DNA of 64,000 bases from Lepidodermella squamata (GCA_047495785.1 JBLDXI010000043.1:1-64000); one strand, 5' to 3'. Counted from the first letter of the stretch, positions 33,450-46,183 are shown. Made by a program: numbers and translations. The notes: generated by a model from the letters alone, not told the origin.

Positions 33450-34138
33450 TAGCACCTGTTGGAAGCTGGATTACGTTCCAAGCTTCCAGCCCGACGCCTT
33501 CGGCCTCCGAATGCTGGAGAAGCACTATCCAGCATGGCACTTGCAAGACTGCATCAGTGCCTCGGCTAAGCCCTACCGCCTCATCACCGACATTTTCTCT
33601 AAAAACTGTGTGAGCCTGTGCTTTCCTGTACTCCTTTAGGTGCCCTTGCGATCCTCGCCCATCTGAGCCCCTCTCGACTCTCGAGTCAGCCCGAAATAAT
33701 ATCAGGGTATAATACCGACCGGTTTTATTTGTTGTTGAAAAGCCACCCACCGGTTTAAACCGGTATTAACCGGTATTTAAACCATTTATAATACACTCGC
33801 ACTTTGTGAGGTTGAGGTCAAGTCGCAATCTAGCACACCAGCTTTCTGTCGAGCGTTAGCGAGATTGAAGCCGCAAGACACATTGTTCGTAATGGGGCCC
33901 CCCATGCCCAGGTTGCAGCGTCATCGGCATAGGTACCCGGGCCTACGATTTTTCGGCCATCGTCAGGGTTGATTCTCAGGGGTTGCATATCAGCACATAA
34001 TATGTTATATATTGACATATTTTGATGATTATTTTTGCGTATGAAATGAAAATATTAAATTATTACCACCAATTGTCTGGCGGTTTGCTGAAGTCACTGC
34101 TTTATTCGCTCCTGAAAAGTCGATATACCTTGCGAAAG

Positions 34139-35506
34139 CTATAATACATAACTTATTTTATAAACAGCAATGAGTGCGAGCAAAGTCAGTTGCGCTGCGT
34201 GAAATTTAGTGTTTTCCGCTGAATTAGCAACAACGCATCCGCCATGAGCGCAACTTATCAGCGTAACGCCGTTGCACTTGCGCATTTTATCCTTGATAGC
34301 AGAATGGTGCTTTTCAGTGTCAGCCGGCGCGATTTGCAGATTCGTTGCTTCGCGCGCAATCGTTTCTTGCATCCACGATATCACATCACGATCGATCCGG
34401 GTTAGATGGATTCGGCTATTCTGGCATCTTCCAGAGGAAGGCGCAAGGCTAACAAGGCTCCATCGGCCTGGTTGGTTGCTGAACTGTTGATCCTTAGTCG
34501 CCCAAATTGTTCCATCGTTCACCTCACAAGGAGCGTTCAAACAAGGTGGCTGAAAAAAACAATAAATTGCAAATAAAGGGACATCTCGAGAAAAAACCTT
34601 TCGATCTCCACCACACTTCTGAAAAAAATAATGAATAAATAAATTTAAATTGGTAAGCATTGAATCCTATTAATACCTGATCTAAAGTAACCTTATGAGC
34701 TTTAACCAGCTTTAACTCCCCTTCAATTTCCTTGTAGGTAAATGGAGTTGCTTTCATTCCCTTGTTGTTGTTGTTAGAAACAGCAGCTTCCTTGATACAT
34801 ATTGGCGAAAGTTGGCTGCTAAATCTGTCCAATGGTGGCTCTGGGAATATGTGATTATATGGAAGCTTCTTTGGGAGAAATGAAATAGTACCTATCTTGA
34901 TCATAGCGTAATCGAAAAATCTCCCTTCGCTAGTTTGATCAATGCGGCGAAATGCCACTTTTGACATATTGATTTTTCGTTCCATGTCTCCTATTTCGAA
35001 TTTAGTATCGATTCTCGCGATGCAACTGGCTTCAGCTAGAACCAAATTTCGGTCGATAAGAACAGCTACGCAAGGGTATGAATCGCGTTGCCTAGAAGGC
35101 AAATCTTTAATTCATAGTGGGATCCGGTTGATTGTGAACAAAATAACCTAATCATAACTTGAAAAGAGAGCCTTTCTTCGCTGCCTAATCCACAATGGTG
35201 CGGAGAGAAAGCATCCAACCATTCATTCTGCAGTTTCGGTTTCAGAAGTTCTCCATCTGGATAGCGCTCCCATAGATCTAGATCCCATGGATCTAGTTCC
35301 CATGGATATCTATTCTCTGGATATTGCTCATCTGCATCTTGCTTGCTTTGATCTCGCGTGATTTGACCTTGCGAGCTTTGACCTTGCTTCACTGTATCTG
35401 GCGTGCTTTGACCTTGCTTCTCCTCAGCTATCTCTGCACGCCCCGCAAGTTGACAAAACGATGTTGCCGACCAAAAAAGTAGAAGCACCCAAATAACTTT
35501 GCTCAT
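34139..35506 (-). CDS. Secreted trypsin-fold serine protease homolog, likely non-catalytic, multi-exon
   Basis: Signal peptide; CVAVLIDRNLVLAEASC (TAAHC equivalent lacks His), DYAMIKI, SPICI, WSLVSL, LTRI..ISWM; intron 35092-35147. Confidence 0.7.
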
Positions 35507-35806
35507 CTTGTTTTCGTAAAGCTTAGAAATCATAGAACCTTAACTGTTGCCTATATAACTCAATGGAATTTTTGTTTCCCGAACAGGTGCTCGGTTAGGC
35601 TTTAGGCTAGACATCAATAAATGATTTCACGCCTGAGTGATCCACTCTATTCAGCGATTTTTATGATCCTTTTATTCACTTAGCAGCTAGCAGCTAAAAT
35701 TAATAATTCTAAGCCTTTTTCGATTCTTGAATTTTTATTTTTTTATTTATTCTATTTCAATATGACTTATAACTATTGTTCCATTGAAATGTACACGAAC
35801 ATAAGA

Positions 35807-35960
35807 CTAGTCCATAGAGCTAGTTTCGGGAATCGAAAAATCACCTGATTTGTTTACTTTTCCAACCACTCGATGCTGATGATGCTCGATCACAACATCT
35901 GGCGTTTACAGGCCTAGTCAGGATTAGGACCTCTATCTTAAAACTAGCTCTATGGACTAG
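35807..35960. repeat. Short inverted-repeat element (20-bp TIRs)
   Basis: CTAGTCCATAGAGCTAGTTT / AAACTAGCTCTATGGACTAG. Confidence 0.7.
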
Positions 35961-36272
35961 CCTTAATTACGAGCAAATACGGCATGTTTCCAGCTAAGCA
36001 AACAACGTAAAGTAGAGAATGGCGATTCAAAATGAGTAATGAGTAAGCGTAATAAAATCTTACCCACGGATTCAACAACATTTACTAGCAACCTAAGTGA
36101 TCCGATTTTCAAAGCTGTACAATTAATTTTTTTTTAAGAGTTGAATATTTTCATCTTAAGCTCTTGCCACTTTCATTGTAACGATTCGGCCAAATAGTTC
36201 AAAGACTTAATTTTTTAATTTTTTAACTAAATATATTGTAAAATAAACTGTACCTCAATAGGAATTTATTAG

Positions 36273-37181
36273 ATGCACCGTCGGGTTCTCCTTCGCAATT
36301 CTGCTGACAATCCTATGGAAAATTTATTCACATGCACAACCTACAGCGATTATTGCTCATCCAACCACCCCGACGCCCAATGTGTCGACGCAACTTGCTC
36401 GGGTTTCACTAATGACAACCACTCTTGTCTGATTGATCAAGGGCTGGCGATTTATAAGAACCACTCAAACGTCGCTGTACAAACCTTTGATCCGAGCGTT
36501 ATTGCTCAACTTCTCAGCCAAGATGAAGAGATGAGGTCGAGTCTATACGTTGGAAATATGGGTTATGCACGTAGCATTTGTTACAAAAACGAAGAATCAA
36601 AGCGAATTCCTAATAACTTCTCAATTTGTTGGACAGAAGACGCTGACTTCGGATTCATTCGACCTGAAACGCGAGTTCGACTCGAAAATTGCCGAATTCT
36701 GTCTTGCGACGATGATTGGCGGGTTAAACGAACTAGGCAAGGTGTTCTGCCGAATTTTGACCTCGATTCCTGGACACCATGCTGCGTTTGTGTCTACGGC
36801 ATAACCCAAGCTGAATACGACCAATTGAGGCTTCGGAAAAACTTCGATTGGATCAAAGGTTGTGACGAGCCTTGGCGCAATCCCTGGTACGAAGAACGTC
36901 TCTCTGGCGATTTTGATGTCATCTGCCTAGCTTTGGACGAAACGTTCGCTCTATCCTACTCAATTGATGAAATCGAACGGGCGAATTCAGTCTATCAGCG
37001 TGTTCAGCCTGCCAAAGATCTATCGCTCGAAGAAATGGTTAACAAAGGAGTTTTACGCACGACTGAGCTTAAATTGTTGGAACACGCCATTGCCGACTAC
37101 AACGCTAGTCAAAATTGGTCCGAAAATTTGGACTCAGCGCTTTTGAAATCAATGGCTGGTCGAATTGCTGCATTATTGTGA
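36273..37181 (+). CDS. Hypothetical protein (302 aa, intronless, Cys/Trp/acidic-rich)
   Basis: Long ORF only. Confidence 0.65.
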   Translation: MHRRVLLRNSADNPMENLFTCTTYSDYCSSNHPDAQCVDATCSGFTNDNHSCLIDQGLAIYKNHSNVAVQTFDPSVIAQLLSQDEEMRSSLYVGNMGYARSICYKNEESKRIPNNFSICWTEDADFGFIRPETRVRLENCRILSCDDDWRVKRTRQGVLPNFDLDSWTPCCVCVYGITQAEYDQLRLRKNFDWIKGCDEPWRNPWYEERLSGDFDVICLALDETFALSYSIDEIERANSVYQRVQPAKDLSLEEMVNKGVLRTTELKLLEHAIADYNASQNWSENLDSALLKSMAGRIAALL

Positions 37182-38024
37182 ATAATTTGATGGATTGCTT
37201 CAATTATGGATCGTCTGTTTTGTTTGATAATAAAATGCATATAATTAGCCTGGTCTGTTGTATCCAAGACAGAAGCTCCGTGGACCATAAAAACGCGTGA
37301 TGCATGTCAGGACAATTCAGAAGGATTGTCCGCACAAGAAACACCCGCGGACATCGTAAACTCGGATTACACGTTCGGGGACACCTAATTTGGTAAATCA
37401 GGCATTAAAAGTGCGTGAAAAATCAGGTCGACGCAAGACGGTTTAGTCTTGGATTCCGGGATCAAAATGTCGGCTGTGTCTTGTGTTAATGAGTCTACAA
37501 TTCAAAGGGTGAAACTGCTACTTGAGTTCAAGATTTGGAACTGGTCATTTGATAATCAATCACCGTGACCATGTTCAGGACTGTTTTTGTTAAGTAAGTA
37601 GGATAAGTTTTAGCGGGGGCCTTTTAAAATTTCAAAAGGTTTTTTGAGACACTGCCATTTCGAAGAACATGCACCTGGAAATTCCGAATATTTATACATT
37701 TACATTTGATGCTGATAACTTGAGAAGCATTGTTCAACCACGTGCTTTTAGTCTGGGCAATGAATTAGTTGCCAGCAAAATGACAGAGTGACACGCGAAG
37801 CTTCAAGTCAGAGTGTCCGAAGTTAACCACTGGAACTGAGTTGTAAATAGGTTACTAACTTGAGCTTTTTATCATCGCCCACATTGCCACGACAAATTAG
37901 CGGAAAATCGCGGTTAAACGCTATGACGTGTTTTATTGCGCATTTAAAAGCGAAAACATTGCTTCTGATATTCCGGTAAACTAAACAGATTTCGAGCCAT
38001 AAAATCAACTTCAATAAACCTGCT

Positions 38025-38414
38025 ATGCTACTTATCAACGTGATTATTCTGCTCTTGTTAACATCCAATGTAATCCTAGCGGCTCAAGACGAAGGTCCCA
38101 GAGAGCTGCAGGCCCTGAAAGGTTTGTGTGAATACGTTCACTTAAAGCTAATACATTAAAATGTTCCATCAATAGGAAGTCTTAAAAGGCAGCTCTTGGT
38201 TCTGTTGGGTCGGTCACCGGACCTCTGGCGAAAACTGCCGCGTAAACTTCGAATTCGGGTATTGAAAAAGCTGCGAATGGAACATTGCATCGCTGTTCTA
38301 AAGTCTCGAGAATTCTGCCGAGATGAAGGTTCTTTTTACGTCTGGGCGAGAACCATTGCGAAGGAAATCATGGCCGGCAAACACGACAAGGACGTCCTGT
38401 CCCACAAACGCTAA
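38025..38414 (+). CDS. Secreted cationic helical protein family, copy 1 (intron 38122-38175)
   Basis: Signal-peptide exon + conserved LRMEHC..C.DEG.FY.WAR..AKEIMAGKHDK exon. Confidence 0.85.
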
Positions 38415-40952
38415 TTCGATGCGAAAAAACTACAGGCCATACTGGTCACAAAACACTGACAATATTTGTGAATGAATCACCTTCTTTCAATCATCTGTAT
38501 GAATAAAATTTGTCAATTTTTCACAATGGAACAATTAAGACACCAACGATTTGTTATTGATGGTATTGAATTTATTTTGAATCTTTCCAATCGCGAGGAA
38601 ATTTTAACATGGCTACAGAAGTGCCAGAGAGGCTGCGTACGTCTGAGCTATCGCCGTTTGTCAATAAATTAACTTGTTCATTCTTTCAGTTTCCAGGTAT
38701 GTCAGAAGTCACATGTCTTCGACATATTAAGTTAGTTTTAAGCAAGTAAGCTGATTAAATTAAAAAACGGCTGTAATCACCCAAAAAACAAACTTGAATA
38801 AGCCTTAATCCGACGTATTCAAGCGGTCTGGGGAAGTTTACGACAAGTAAAAATGCCTGCACACAAAATATGAGACTGTTCAAATGCCCCTTTCCAGCAA
38901 TTAGTCGGCGACTCTTTTTATAATATCCATACATTTGATAATTTAGGCAATTTCAACCTTCAAGTTGTTCTTGTGATGAGAAGGAAATCAGTTGTCATGT
39001 AAGCTGGCACAAGCGCCCAATTTTCTCCGCCTGTAGCTTCGGAATGATCTGGAATGTACATAAGATCAAACGAGTCATTGCCCTTGTGGCTGAGAAAAGA
39101 GGTACATACCAGAAGGAAATCACTAGATCTAGATGATAGTTCGCGCGGAGATATAAATGGAAAAATATCCCCGTCCAAAATGGCTCATTTCATGACCTAA
39201 TGTCGATCGAATAAGCTGAATGGCTGGCATCGATCATCGGTCCCAATATTTCATACATACGAAGGGTCAAAGTCCTAGAATCTAACCCAGTTGCTATTTT
39301 AGATCTACCCAAGATCTCATTTTCAAGGGATGGGATGCTGAAACTCGTTCGATCTTGTATCATCTATTACATTACTTTATTACAAAGTGATATGCAAGCT
39401 ATTAGTACGTAAAATAATCTTTGCATAAGGCGTTAACCAATTCCAAGCACCAAATCAGACGGCTGAAATCAGACTTGTTTCTTGTACTTATGAAAGAATG
39501 CGCACATTTTCAGGCCGGAATATGTGCACAGAATACAGACAGGGTGCGTAGTACAAAGGTTGCTGGGGTGTCGCAACACTACAGCCCCAGGACTCTAACC
39601 AAAAAACCACAACGGGAACCCTTTGGTTTCTTCGGCTGGGAGCTAGAAAGCAATACAGTTCCCGGGTCCTACTTCGCACTCTGAATACAGATGAAAAAAG
39701 TGAAACAATGATTTTGAGGATTTTGAGTCCGAAATGATTGTTCTTTTCTGTTAAACAAGAGTTTTCTTGTTATAATGAAGCAATAATATCTTTTTCGCAA
39801 CTGTTCCATCCTCGATCTTCTCGTCTCATTCGGGGAGAAAAATTGATGGAAGAGGATTTAGCTCTCATTCATTTTTAAATAAAGCCTTCTAAATATACAG
39901 AGTAATAATGATGAAATAAATGGTATAGTAGTTTTTGATCTAGCGAGCAAAGTAAGCAAATTTTCAGCAAAAGCAACAAAAAATATGCTGATCCGATTAG
40001 AATAGTTATTTTCTATTTTCCGTTTCTCTACTGGGTCGATATGGTTGACTGCCATCTACCAAACCTACATGCATACATAACGAACTACGAACAGCAGCAA
40101 TCTAACAGCTTTTTGCTCCACTCAGTCAGTTTCTTGTGACGTTCGCCACCCATTATAAATTGTCTAAATTGTACCTTAGAATTCAAAAAGGTGTTTATGC
40201 ATTCTTTAACCTTACAGGAAAACTTTCCATGTCGTTTTTGGCCTCAATCATAAAGGGGAATTTTGCGTGTACGTAAGATGTTCAAAATTTTTACCGGATT
40301 ACGGTATTGCTATTTTTAAGCCAATGAATATCCGAATGGCTGCTCTCTTGTCGAAAACGGAAAATTAATTAGTCCATGTTCTAAATATAAAATAGACTTT
40401 CTGAAATAGATATACTCAATTCACACCGGCTAGTGATCGTACCCTATAAAAAGATTATTATTCCCGAATACAAGGAAGAAAATTCGATGTACATTTGACA
40501 AGGTGTCAGTCGTTTCAGTACATGGAGGAAGGTTTGTCTACCTAAGTTAAAACTCAGTTGCACCTCCTTGAACACGCACAACAGACATGACCCGAATTTT
40601 CATGATAAAGGGCGTGGAAAATAATTGAGTGATGTTATCTTAGACTTAACAGTTCATAAGCAATTGTCCGTTGCAAATTGAGCCTAAGTAAAGCTTTTCG
40701 CCGATTGTATGTTGATTCGCAATGATTTAGAAGGAAGGGTTATTTCCCAGGCAGTTGCTGAGACATTCTGTCCACGGTCTAGTAGGCTGTTTATCCTGCA
40801 TAGGTTGAGCGGAAAAACATTGCCTTAGCAAATTAGCGGGATTGCACACCATGACACTTTTTTTAAGCCCATTCGTTTCCTTTTGGAATTCGAATTAAGT
40901 GATATTCAGCTATAATAATACAAGTTTCATCTCAGCTTAGAATAAAGCCGTT

Positions 40953-41472
40953 ATGCTACTTCGTGAAGTAGTAATTTTGGTATTGTTATCATCCACAATT
41001 ATTCTAGCGACTCAGACGGAAAGCTCGAGAAAATGGATAAAATTCCTGAAAGGTTAGTTTTTCGTTTATGCTTTTGTTCATAATGCCATTCTGATGGTTT
41101 TGAAAGTTCAAAATTGTAGAGGTTTCTTCCATATTTCAACAGCCAAGTTCAACGGCCTAAAAATTTCTCCGCAGACACGAATTTTATTACTAGGCAAACG
41201 TTGAATCGTCAACGACCTAATATATTATTCATCTAACAGGAAGCCTCAAAAAGCAGCTCAAAGCTTTGCTGGGTAGGGTTCCAGACTTCTGGCGAAACCT
41301 GCCGCGGACTGTTCGCGACCGGTTACTTCAGAAGCTTCGTATGGACCACTGCATCGCTGTACTGCACTCTCGAGACGTCTGCCGCGATGAAGGTACTTTC
41401 TACATCTGGGCGAGATCATTTGCCAAGGAGATCATGGCCGGGAAGCACGACAAAGACGTTCTGTCTCGTTAA
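40953..41472 (+). CDS. Secreted cationic helical protein family, copy 2 (intron 41053-41239)
   Basis: Same exon structure and motif. Confidence 0.85.
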
Positions 41473-42567
41473 TTCTGCTCTAGAAAAAACCAAGTTACCT
41501 AAGGTCCGAGTGCATAACAAAAATACTGAAAATCATCGATAAAAGAATGAAAGGTGGTATTCCTGTGTGTAGATTAGCCCCTTCATTGGTCTATCGACGA
41601 AGCGTTTGTACAGAGTTATTCTTTTATGTTTTGTACCGGCGGTGTCTTCCTGAGGTTTCCGCAAAGCGATTAAAATGTCACCTCGATGTATAGTTTATTT
41701 TGTTCAGTTTCATTTTCTATTGTCGCTTCAGCCTTTATTACATTGTTTGCATGCAATTCTGCATCTATACATTCGCGCACCGATAAATCAACACAATAAA
41801 ACGTTTATGCACTAGGATGACCGCTACATGGGCCGGAAGATGATTTCCTCAAAAAATCTGGAGCAATATTATAAGGGCGAAGTCTGATCTCCTCTCTTAA
41901 AACGTTCCTACAAATAAAACGTAGTCACATTCCGAGCCGCGGCAAGCTCAAATGTTTATCAAAAGATTCATGTCTGCAGATTAGCCCCTTCATTGGTCTT
42001 TCTTCCACAGTATCGTAAATTTCGATTATGATGTCGTCGGCGAACATCGGGTTCGCGCTATTCCGCTCTATCGTTTCCTGATCACGATGTCGATATTTTT
42101 CTATCAATATATAACTCACTCGACACCATTTTGATAAATCGGCAAGGTTTTGATAACTCAGCGAACTCAGCGAAATTTGCAAGGCATTCTGATTATTCTA
42201 TCCGAGGCTCTAGCTTAGCACAATATTCGTGAAATTCCGTCAGCTAGGTGACGCTGTCTTTGTTACAGCCGGAACATTTCTCCCCGACAAAATCACCGGA
42301 TACATGAAAAAGACTTATTTAAAACCACGTCGTCTTTATTCTGATATTGCACGAATGATTAAGAACCAATAAATTATAAAAAAAAATGAATTAAGTAATA
42401 AATATTGCGGATCCGTGCGGATGTTTCCATGACGTCAACAATAAGTTCGAATGAGTAATAGAAATTTACAAACAATTTACAAGAACTGGCAATAGGCAAT
42501 CATTTACATGCAAAAAGCATTGAATAAGAGCTTTCACGAGGAATTCGAAAATATTAACGAAGCTAAT

Positions 42568-44412
42568 TCAAGGTTTCTTTGATCTAGGCATTTTTCTTGG
42601 CGATTGTTTGGGTTTTTTCTGAGAACTGAGAAATTCCTTAAATTTCAAGAAAATTTCAGCATGTTCCTGAGGTGAAATAAATTGCTCGTAGATTTGCTCG
42701 GCAACGCCATCGGTGTGGTGGAGGTAGCGGTTGACCTGTTTCTGTTGGGCGGGAGTCAAGCCAGGAATTTGATTGTGGCGAGAACTTGTCTGCATCATGC
42801 GCCTTTGCATTGAAAAGTGATATGATGCGAGACTCGGTCGGGCAGTAGATGGAAGAGTTAGGACGAATTTGTCCCACAAAATACTTGCGTAGTAGGACAA
42901 GCAATCAAACCTCTTGCCATCACTTCGTAGCAGTAAATACTTGGCGCTTTTAGGGTCAGCCGGCTTCGGCCGGAACTTGCGGCGGTATTCGTCGTAGAGT
43001 TCCACAAGTTCCTGGTCCATCGTAACGTAGGGGAAGCACCGCTTACCGTTCTTCGTCTCCAGGACATGAACTGTCCAAGTGCCCGGGATCTCGGAAAATC
43101 GCTTATCGAATTCAGCCTCCTTCATGCCTGCGAGACTCGAAGGGCGGCAGCCATTGAAGGCGTTCATTTTAACAACAATTCTCGCAATTCGAAAGGCATA
43201 CGGCACAATTTGGCCTGCTTTCTCCATCTCGGCGATCGTCTGCGAAATGAATTCAGCGTATTGTGGCGCTAGATGAATAGTGACCTTTTCATCAATTCTT
43301 TCGTGTTTCAGCGCAGCCTGTGCCTTGCCACGTTTAGCATTGCACTGCTTGATCCTCGGGTCAAGGAATCTGGTAATGATGAAATCGATTTTTTCACGCT
43401 CCGATTCGCTAACAAGACGTCTCGGTAAAAGGAAGTTGTCTCGAAACATTTGCAAGAAGTCTTTTAAAGCCATGAATCTCATGTAGAGACTGTGGCACGA
43501 GACTGGCTCTTCCCCACCGCGTAAATTTGTCGTAATCAATCGATCCTCACGAGCCGCGAAATCGAACCATTTGTCAACATTGAGCATATCCTCAACAGTG
43601 AATATGCCTGCCAAATTGAGGATGCCGGTTAGTCCGGAATAACGCGATCGAACAGTTTTAGCATTGCGATCATCTTGCGTTGCTTCCATTTTAAAATCTG
43701 GATCTTTATAATGCTCGAGGGCCGGCTTCAAGCGAGGATCATTGGTGACATATTTTTTACTCAATTTTCTCGTCTTCTTAATTGGGCTTGGAGACAGCGC
43801 GATACGGGTTAATTTCTTTGACAACGTCGCCTCGCCTGATGTCTCTTCGTCAGACGATTCATCGAAATAAGTGTCGTCCAATACGACGCCTTCATTCGAA
43901 GTCTGAACATGTGAAATATTAGATTCGCTCTGCTGCCGAGAGGAGACAGCGCCATCGTCACCGAAATACTCGTTCTCACCCGAACAATTGGACTGATCAA
44001 ATGAGCTGTTGAATGTGAAATCGACTGGATGAGAGACATCAGCATCCATATTCTGAAGAGCAGGTGTAGAGCACGCAACTGGAGCACGGCGTTGGAATTT
44101 CGTGCTCTTCGGGCTTCCGCAAAAAACGCAGTAGCGTTGCAGATGACGATCCTTGCGGTTCCGCTCATTGAAAGGCAAATATGGAGCAAATTTTCCGTTA
44201 CCAGCGCGGGGTCGGCACTTCTTTTTAGCGAAGTGACTTGAAATATTTCCCGAGCAAGTATTCGTTCGGTCAGCAAGGGCATCGTGATATCGAGTCGTTT
44301 CGCTCGTAGTTGCCTGCATCGTTGAGAAATTATCGCTGCTTTCTTCAAATCGATCTTCGGGATCCATCAAGAATAGCGGAAAAGGCAAGTCTCCGAAAAC
44401 AAACTGGGACAT
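42568..44412 (-). CDS. Tyrosine recombinase (614 aa) with disordered N-terminus
   Basis: NGCRPS (Arg), ETKNG (Lys), FSMQRR (HxxR equivalent), LHHT (His), QIY (Tyr) in canonical order. Confidence 0.88.
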   Translation of the reverse strand: MSQFVFGDLPFPLFLMDPEDRFEESSDNFSTMQATTSETTRYHDALADRTNTCSGNISSHFAKKKCRPRAGNGKFAPYLPFNERNRKDRHLQRYCVFCGSPKSTKFQRRAPVACSTPALQNMDADVSHPVDFTFNSSFDQSNCSGENEYFGDDGAVSSRQQSESNISHVQTSNEGVVLDDTYFDESSDEETSGEATLSKKLTRIALSPSPIKKTRKLSKKYVTNDPRLKPALEHYKDPDFKMEATQDDRNAKTVRSRYSGLTGILNLAGIFTVEDMLNVDKWFDFAAREDRLITTNLRGGEEPVSCHSLYMRFMALKDFLQMFRDNFLLPRRLVSESEREKIDFIITRFLDPRIKQCNAKRGKAQAALKHERIDEKVTIHLAPQYAEFISQTIAEMEKAGQIVPYAFRIARIVVKMNAFNGCRPSSLAGMKEAEFDKRFSEIPGTWTVHVLETKNGKRCFPYVTMDQELVELYDEYRRKFRPKPADPKSAKYLLLRSDGKRFDCLSYYASILWDKFVLTLPSTARPSLASYHFSMQRRMMQTSSRHNQIPGLTPAQQKQVNRYLHHTDGVAEQIYEQFISPQEHAEIFLKFKEFLSSQKKPKQSPRKMPRSKKP

Positions 44413-44616
44413 TAATTCTCTAAAATCGACAAAAAAAATCAGACCACATGAATCATTTTGATTAAATTGAGGAAATTTAATGAGCTTACATGTCAGAGCA
44501 TGGAAAAAGAGAAAAGAGCATTGAGTATAACATAGTATAAAATGGGTATAAAAAGCCGCGACACAAAAGCGAATCGAATGTCAAAACACGCAGAGTCACA
44601 ATGCATCAATTTAAAA

Positions 44617-45759
44617 TCAATTCCGTTTCCTGGTTGAAATTCGTCGTCCACAATTTGAGCAACCTGAACAATTACTCGCCTTCAAAATGCCTTGCTTCAT
44701 TATTTCATTGCTAGACTCCATGAGAGGCACAGTCTCTTGAGGAGGCTGATTGGTTGGGGTGAATTGGACTTTTTTGTTTTTTTTGAAGATGTTATGTATA
44801 TGATTGAAAAGAGAAGACGACAAAGTCCATGCAATTCGCGCCAAATAGTAGAAAAATATAAACGATCTCACGCCGAAAGAAATGAATAGAATCAAATAAC
44901 GGATGACGATGGAAACTGTGTAATAATCCAAATAAAAAATGCCTAAAAGTCGACCAAACCAGTAGTACACAACGCTTGTGTAAAAGATTTCAATACCCAA
45001 GTCAAATACTACAGCCAGAAACCCTGACTGAGACTCAAAATAGACGGCTGCGATAAAGCATATTATTTGAGGAACGTAATGAGTCGCAGAAAATACTGAT
45101 TCAAATTCGTAGATTGGGAAAAAATGACAGACTATAAACTGGAAAAATTTATATTTGCTCGCGACGTTAAATACAGTAGAAGCAAGTTCAGCAGCTTTCA
45201 TGCCAAAACTTTTGTAGGCTTCCAAATCAAAAAGCGAATCGGCCAATGAAAGATGTGTACCGTTAGTAGCGAGGTAAGCGCACAAAGGGCTGACCAAACT
45301 GAAAGAAGTTGCCCACGTTCGAATATCTTCTTCGGGTAGAGTCATCACACAAGATATAGTGCTACAGGAATGTCTCACGAAACAAGACATGAGCTTCATC
45401 GTCAACTCATCCCATTTTTCAGTAGGAAGCGGCCACTCGCACATCTTCTCCGCTGAAAGACCAATCTTATAAAAACAAGCAAGTGATAACAATAGAGCCA
45501 TACCAATTTTTGTGAAATTTGCCAAACACTTGTTAGACCCGGTTTGATACGCACGGTAGTATTGAAGACCGCTAGCAACTTCCAATATCTCCGGCTTTCT
45601 CGCAATCGTGGTATCACGCTTCCGCACGATATGACCTTGGTCGTCTCTATTGAGCTTGAAAATGTCAAGCAGAAACTCTCCGCTGGCAGGATAGCCCATC
45701 GAATCCGTAAGGAGCATCAAGTAGACGCAAAGCTGAAAAGCCTTCGGAAGTGAAAACAT
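44617..45759 (-). CDS. GEX1/KAR5/Brambleberry-like membrane protein (probable in-frame 51-nt intron 45453-45503)
   Basis: Signal peptide, six-Cys domain C-x11-C-x18-CF...C..C-x22-C after splicing, ~3 C-terminal TM helices. Confidence 0.62.
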   Translation of the reverse strand: MFSLPKAFQLCVYLMLLTDSMGYPASGEFLLDIFKLNRDDQGHIVRKRDTTIARKPEILEVASGLQYYRAYQTGSNKCLANFTKIGMALLLSLACFYKIGLSAEKMCEWPLPTEKWDELTMKLMSCFVRHSCSTISCVMTLPEEDIRTWATSFSLVSPLCAYLATNGTHLSLADSLFDLEAYKSFGMKAAELASTVFNVASKYKFFQFIVCHFFPIYEFESVFSATHYVPQIICFIAAVYFESQSGFLAVVFDLGIEIFYTSVVYYWFGRLLGIFYLDYYTVSIVIRYLILFISFGVRSFIFFYYLARIAWTLSSSLFNHIHNIFKKNKKVQFTPTNQPPQETVPLMESSNEIMKQGILKASNCSGCSNCGRRISTRKRN

Positions 45760-45985
45760 AAAGTAATAAGAATAAACCTAAAACACAATGAAATTGTAAG
45801 AAACGTTTATTGAGTTCAAGAATATTGAGCATATTAAATATTAAATATCTGTTAACTCTTGATTCACAACGACAAGATTAGCGATTCACCGTCGTAGGAT
45901 GATGATAAGTAATTTGATACAGGCATTTCAAATGTTAATTTGATATAAACGATCCAAGGATAATATTATTCAATTGGAAACAATG

Positions 45986-46183
45986 TCAGTCCATATTGAG
46001 AGCACGGGCAATTACGAATCCGACCAGCACTGCCATGATTAGCGAAAGGGCGTATTGCAAGATAGTCAGTTCGAGTTCGGATCGGCTCAGCTCTGTCGAT
46101 CTAAAGATGGATTGATCTTTGTTAGAGTATGCAAGAATTTCGTGCTTGTTCATCGTAACAGCTAAATATAAAAAAACAAACAT
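45986..46183 (-). CDS. Small membrane protein (65 aa)
   Basis: TAATG stop/start overlap with upstream ORF; C-terminal TM helix. Confidence 0.5.
   Translation of the reverse strand: MFVFLYLAVTMNKHEILAYSNKDQSIFRSTELSRSELELTILQYALSLIMAVLVGFVIARALNMD

Noticed and set aside
33830-34018. RT fragment with YADD
   Set aside because: Only a four-residue motif in a short ORF; insufficient support
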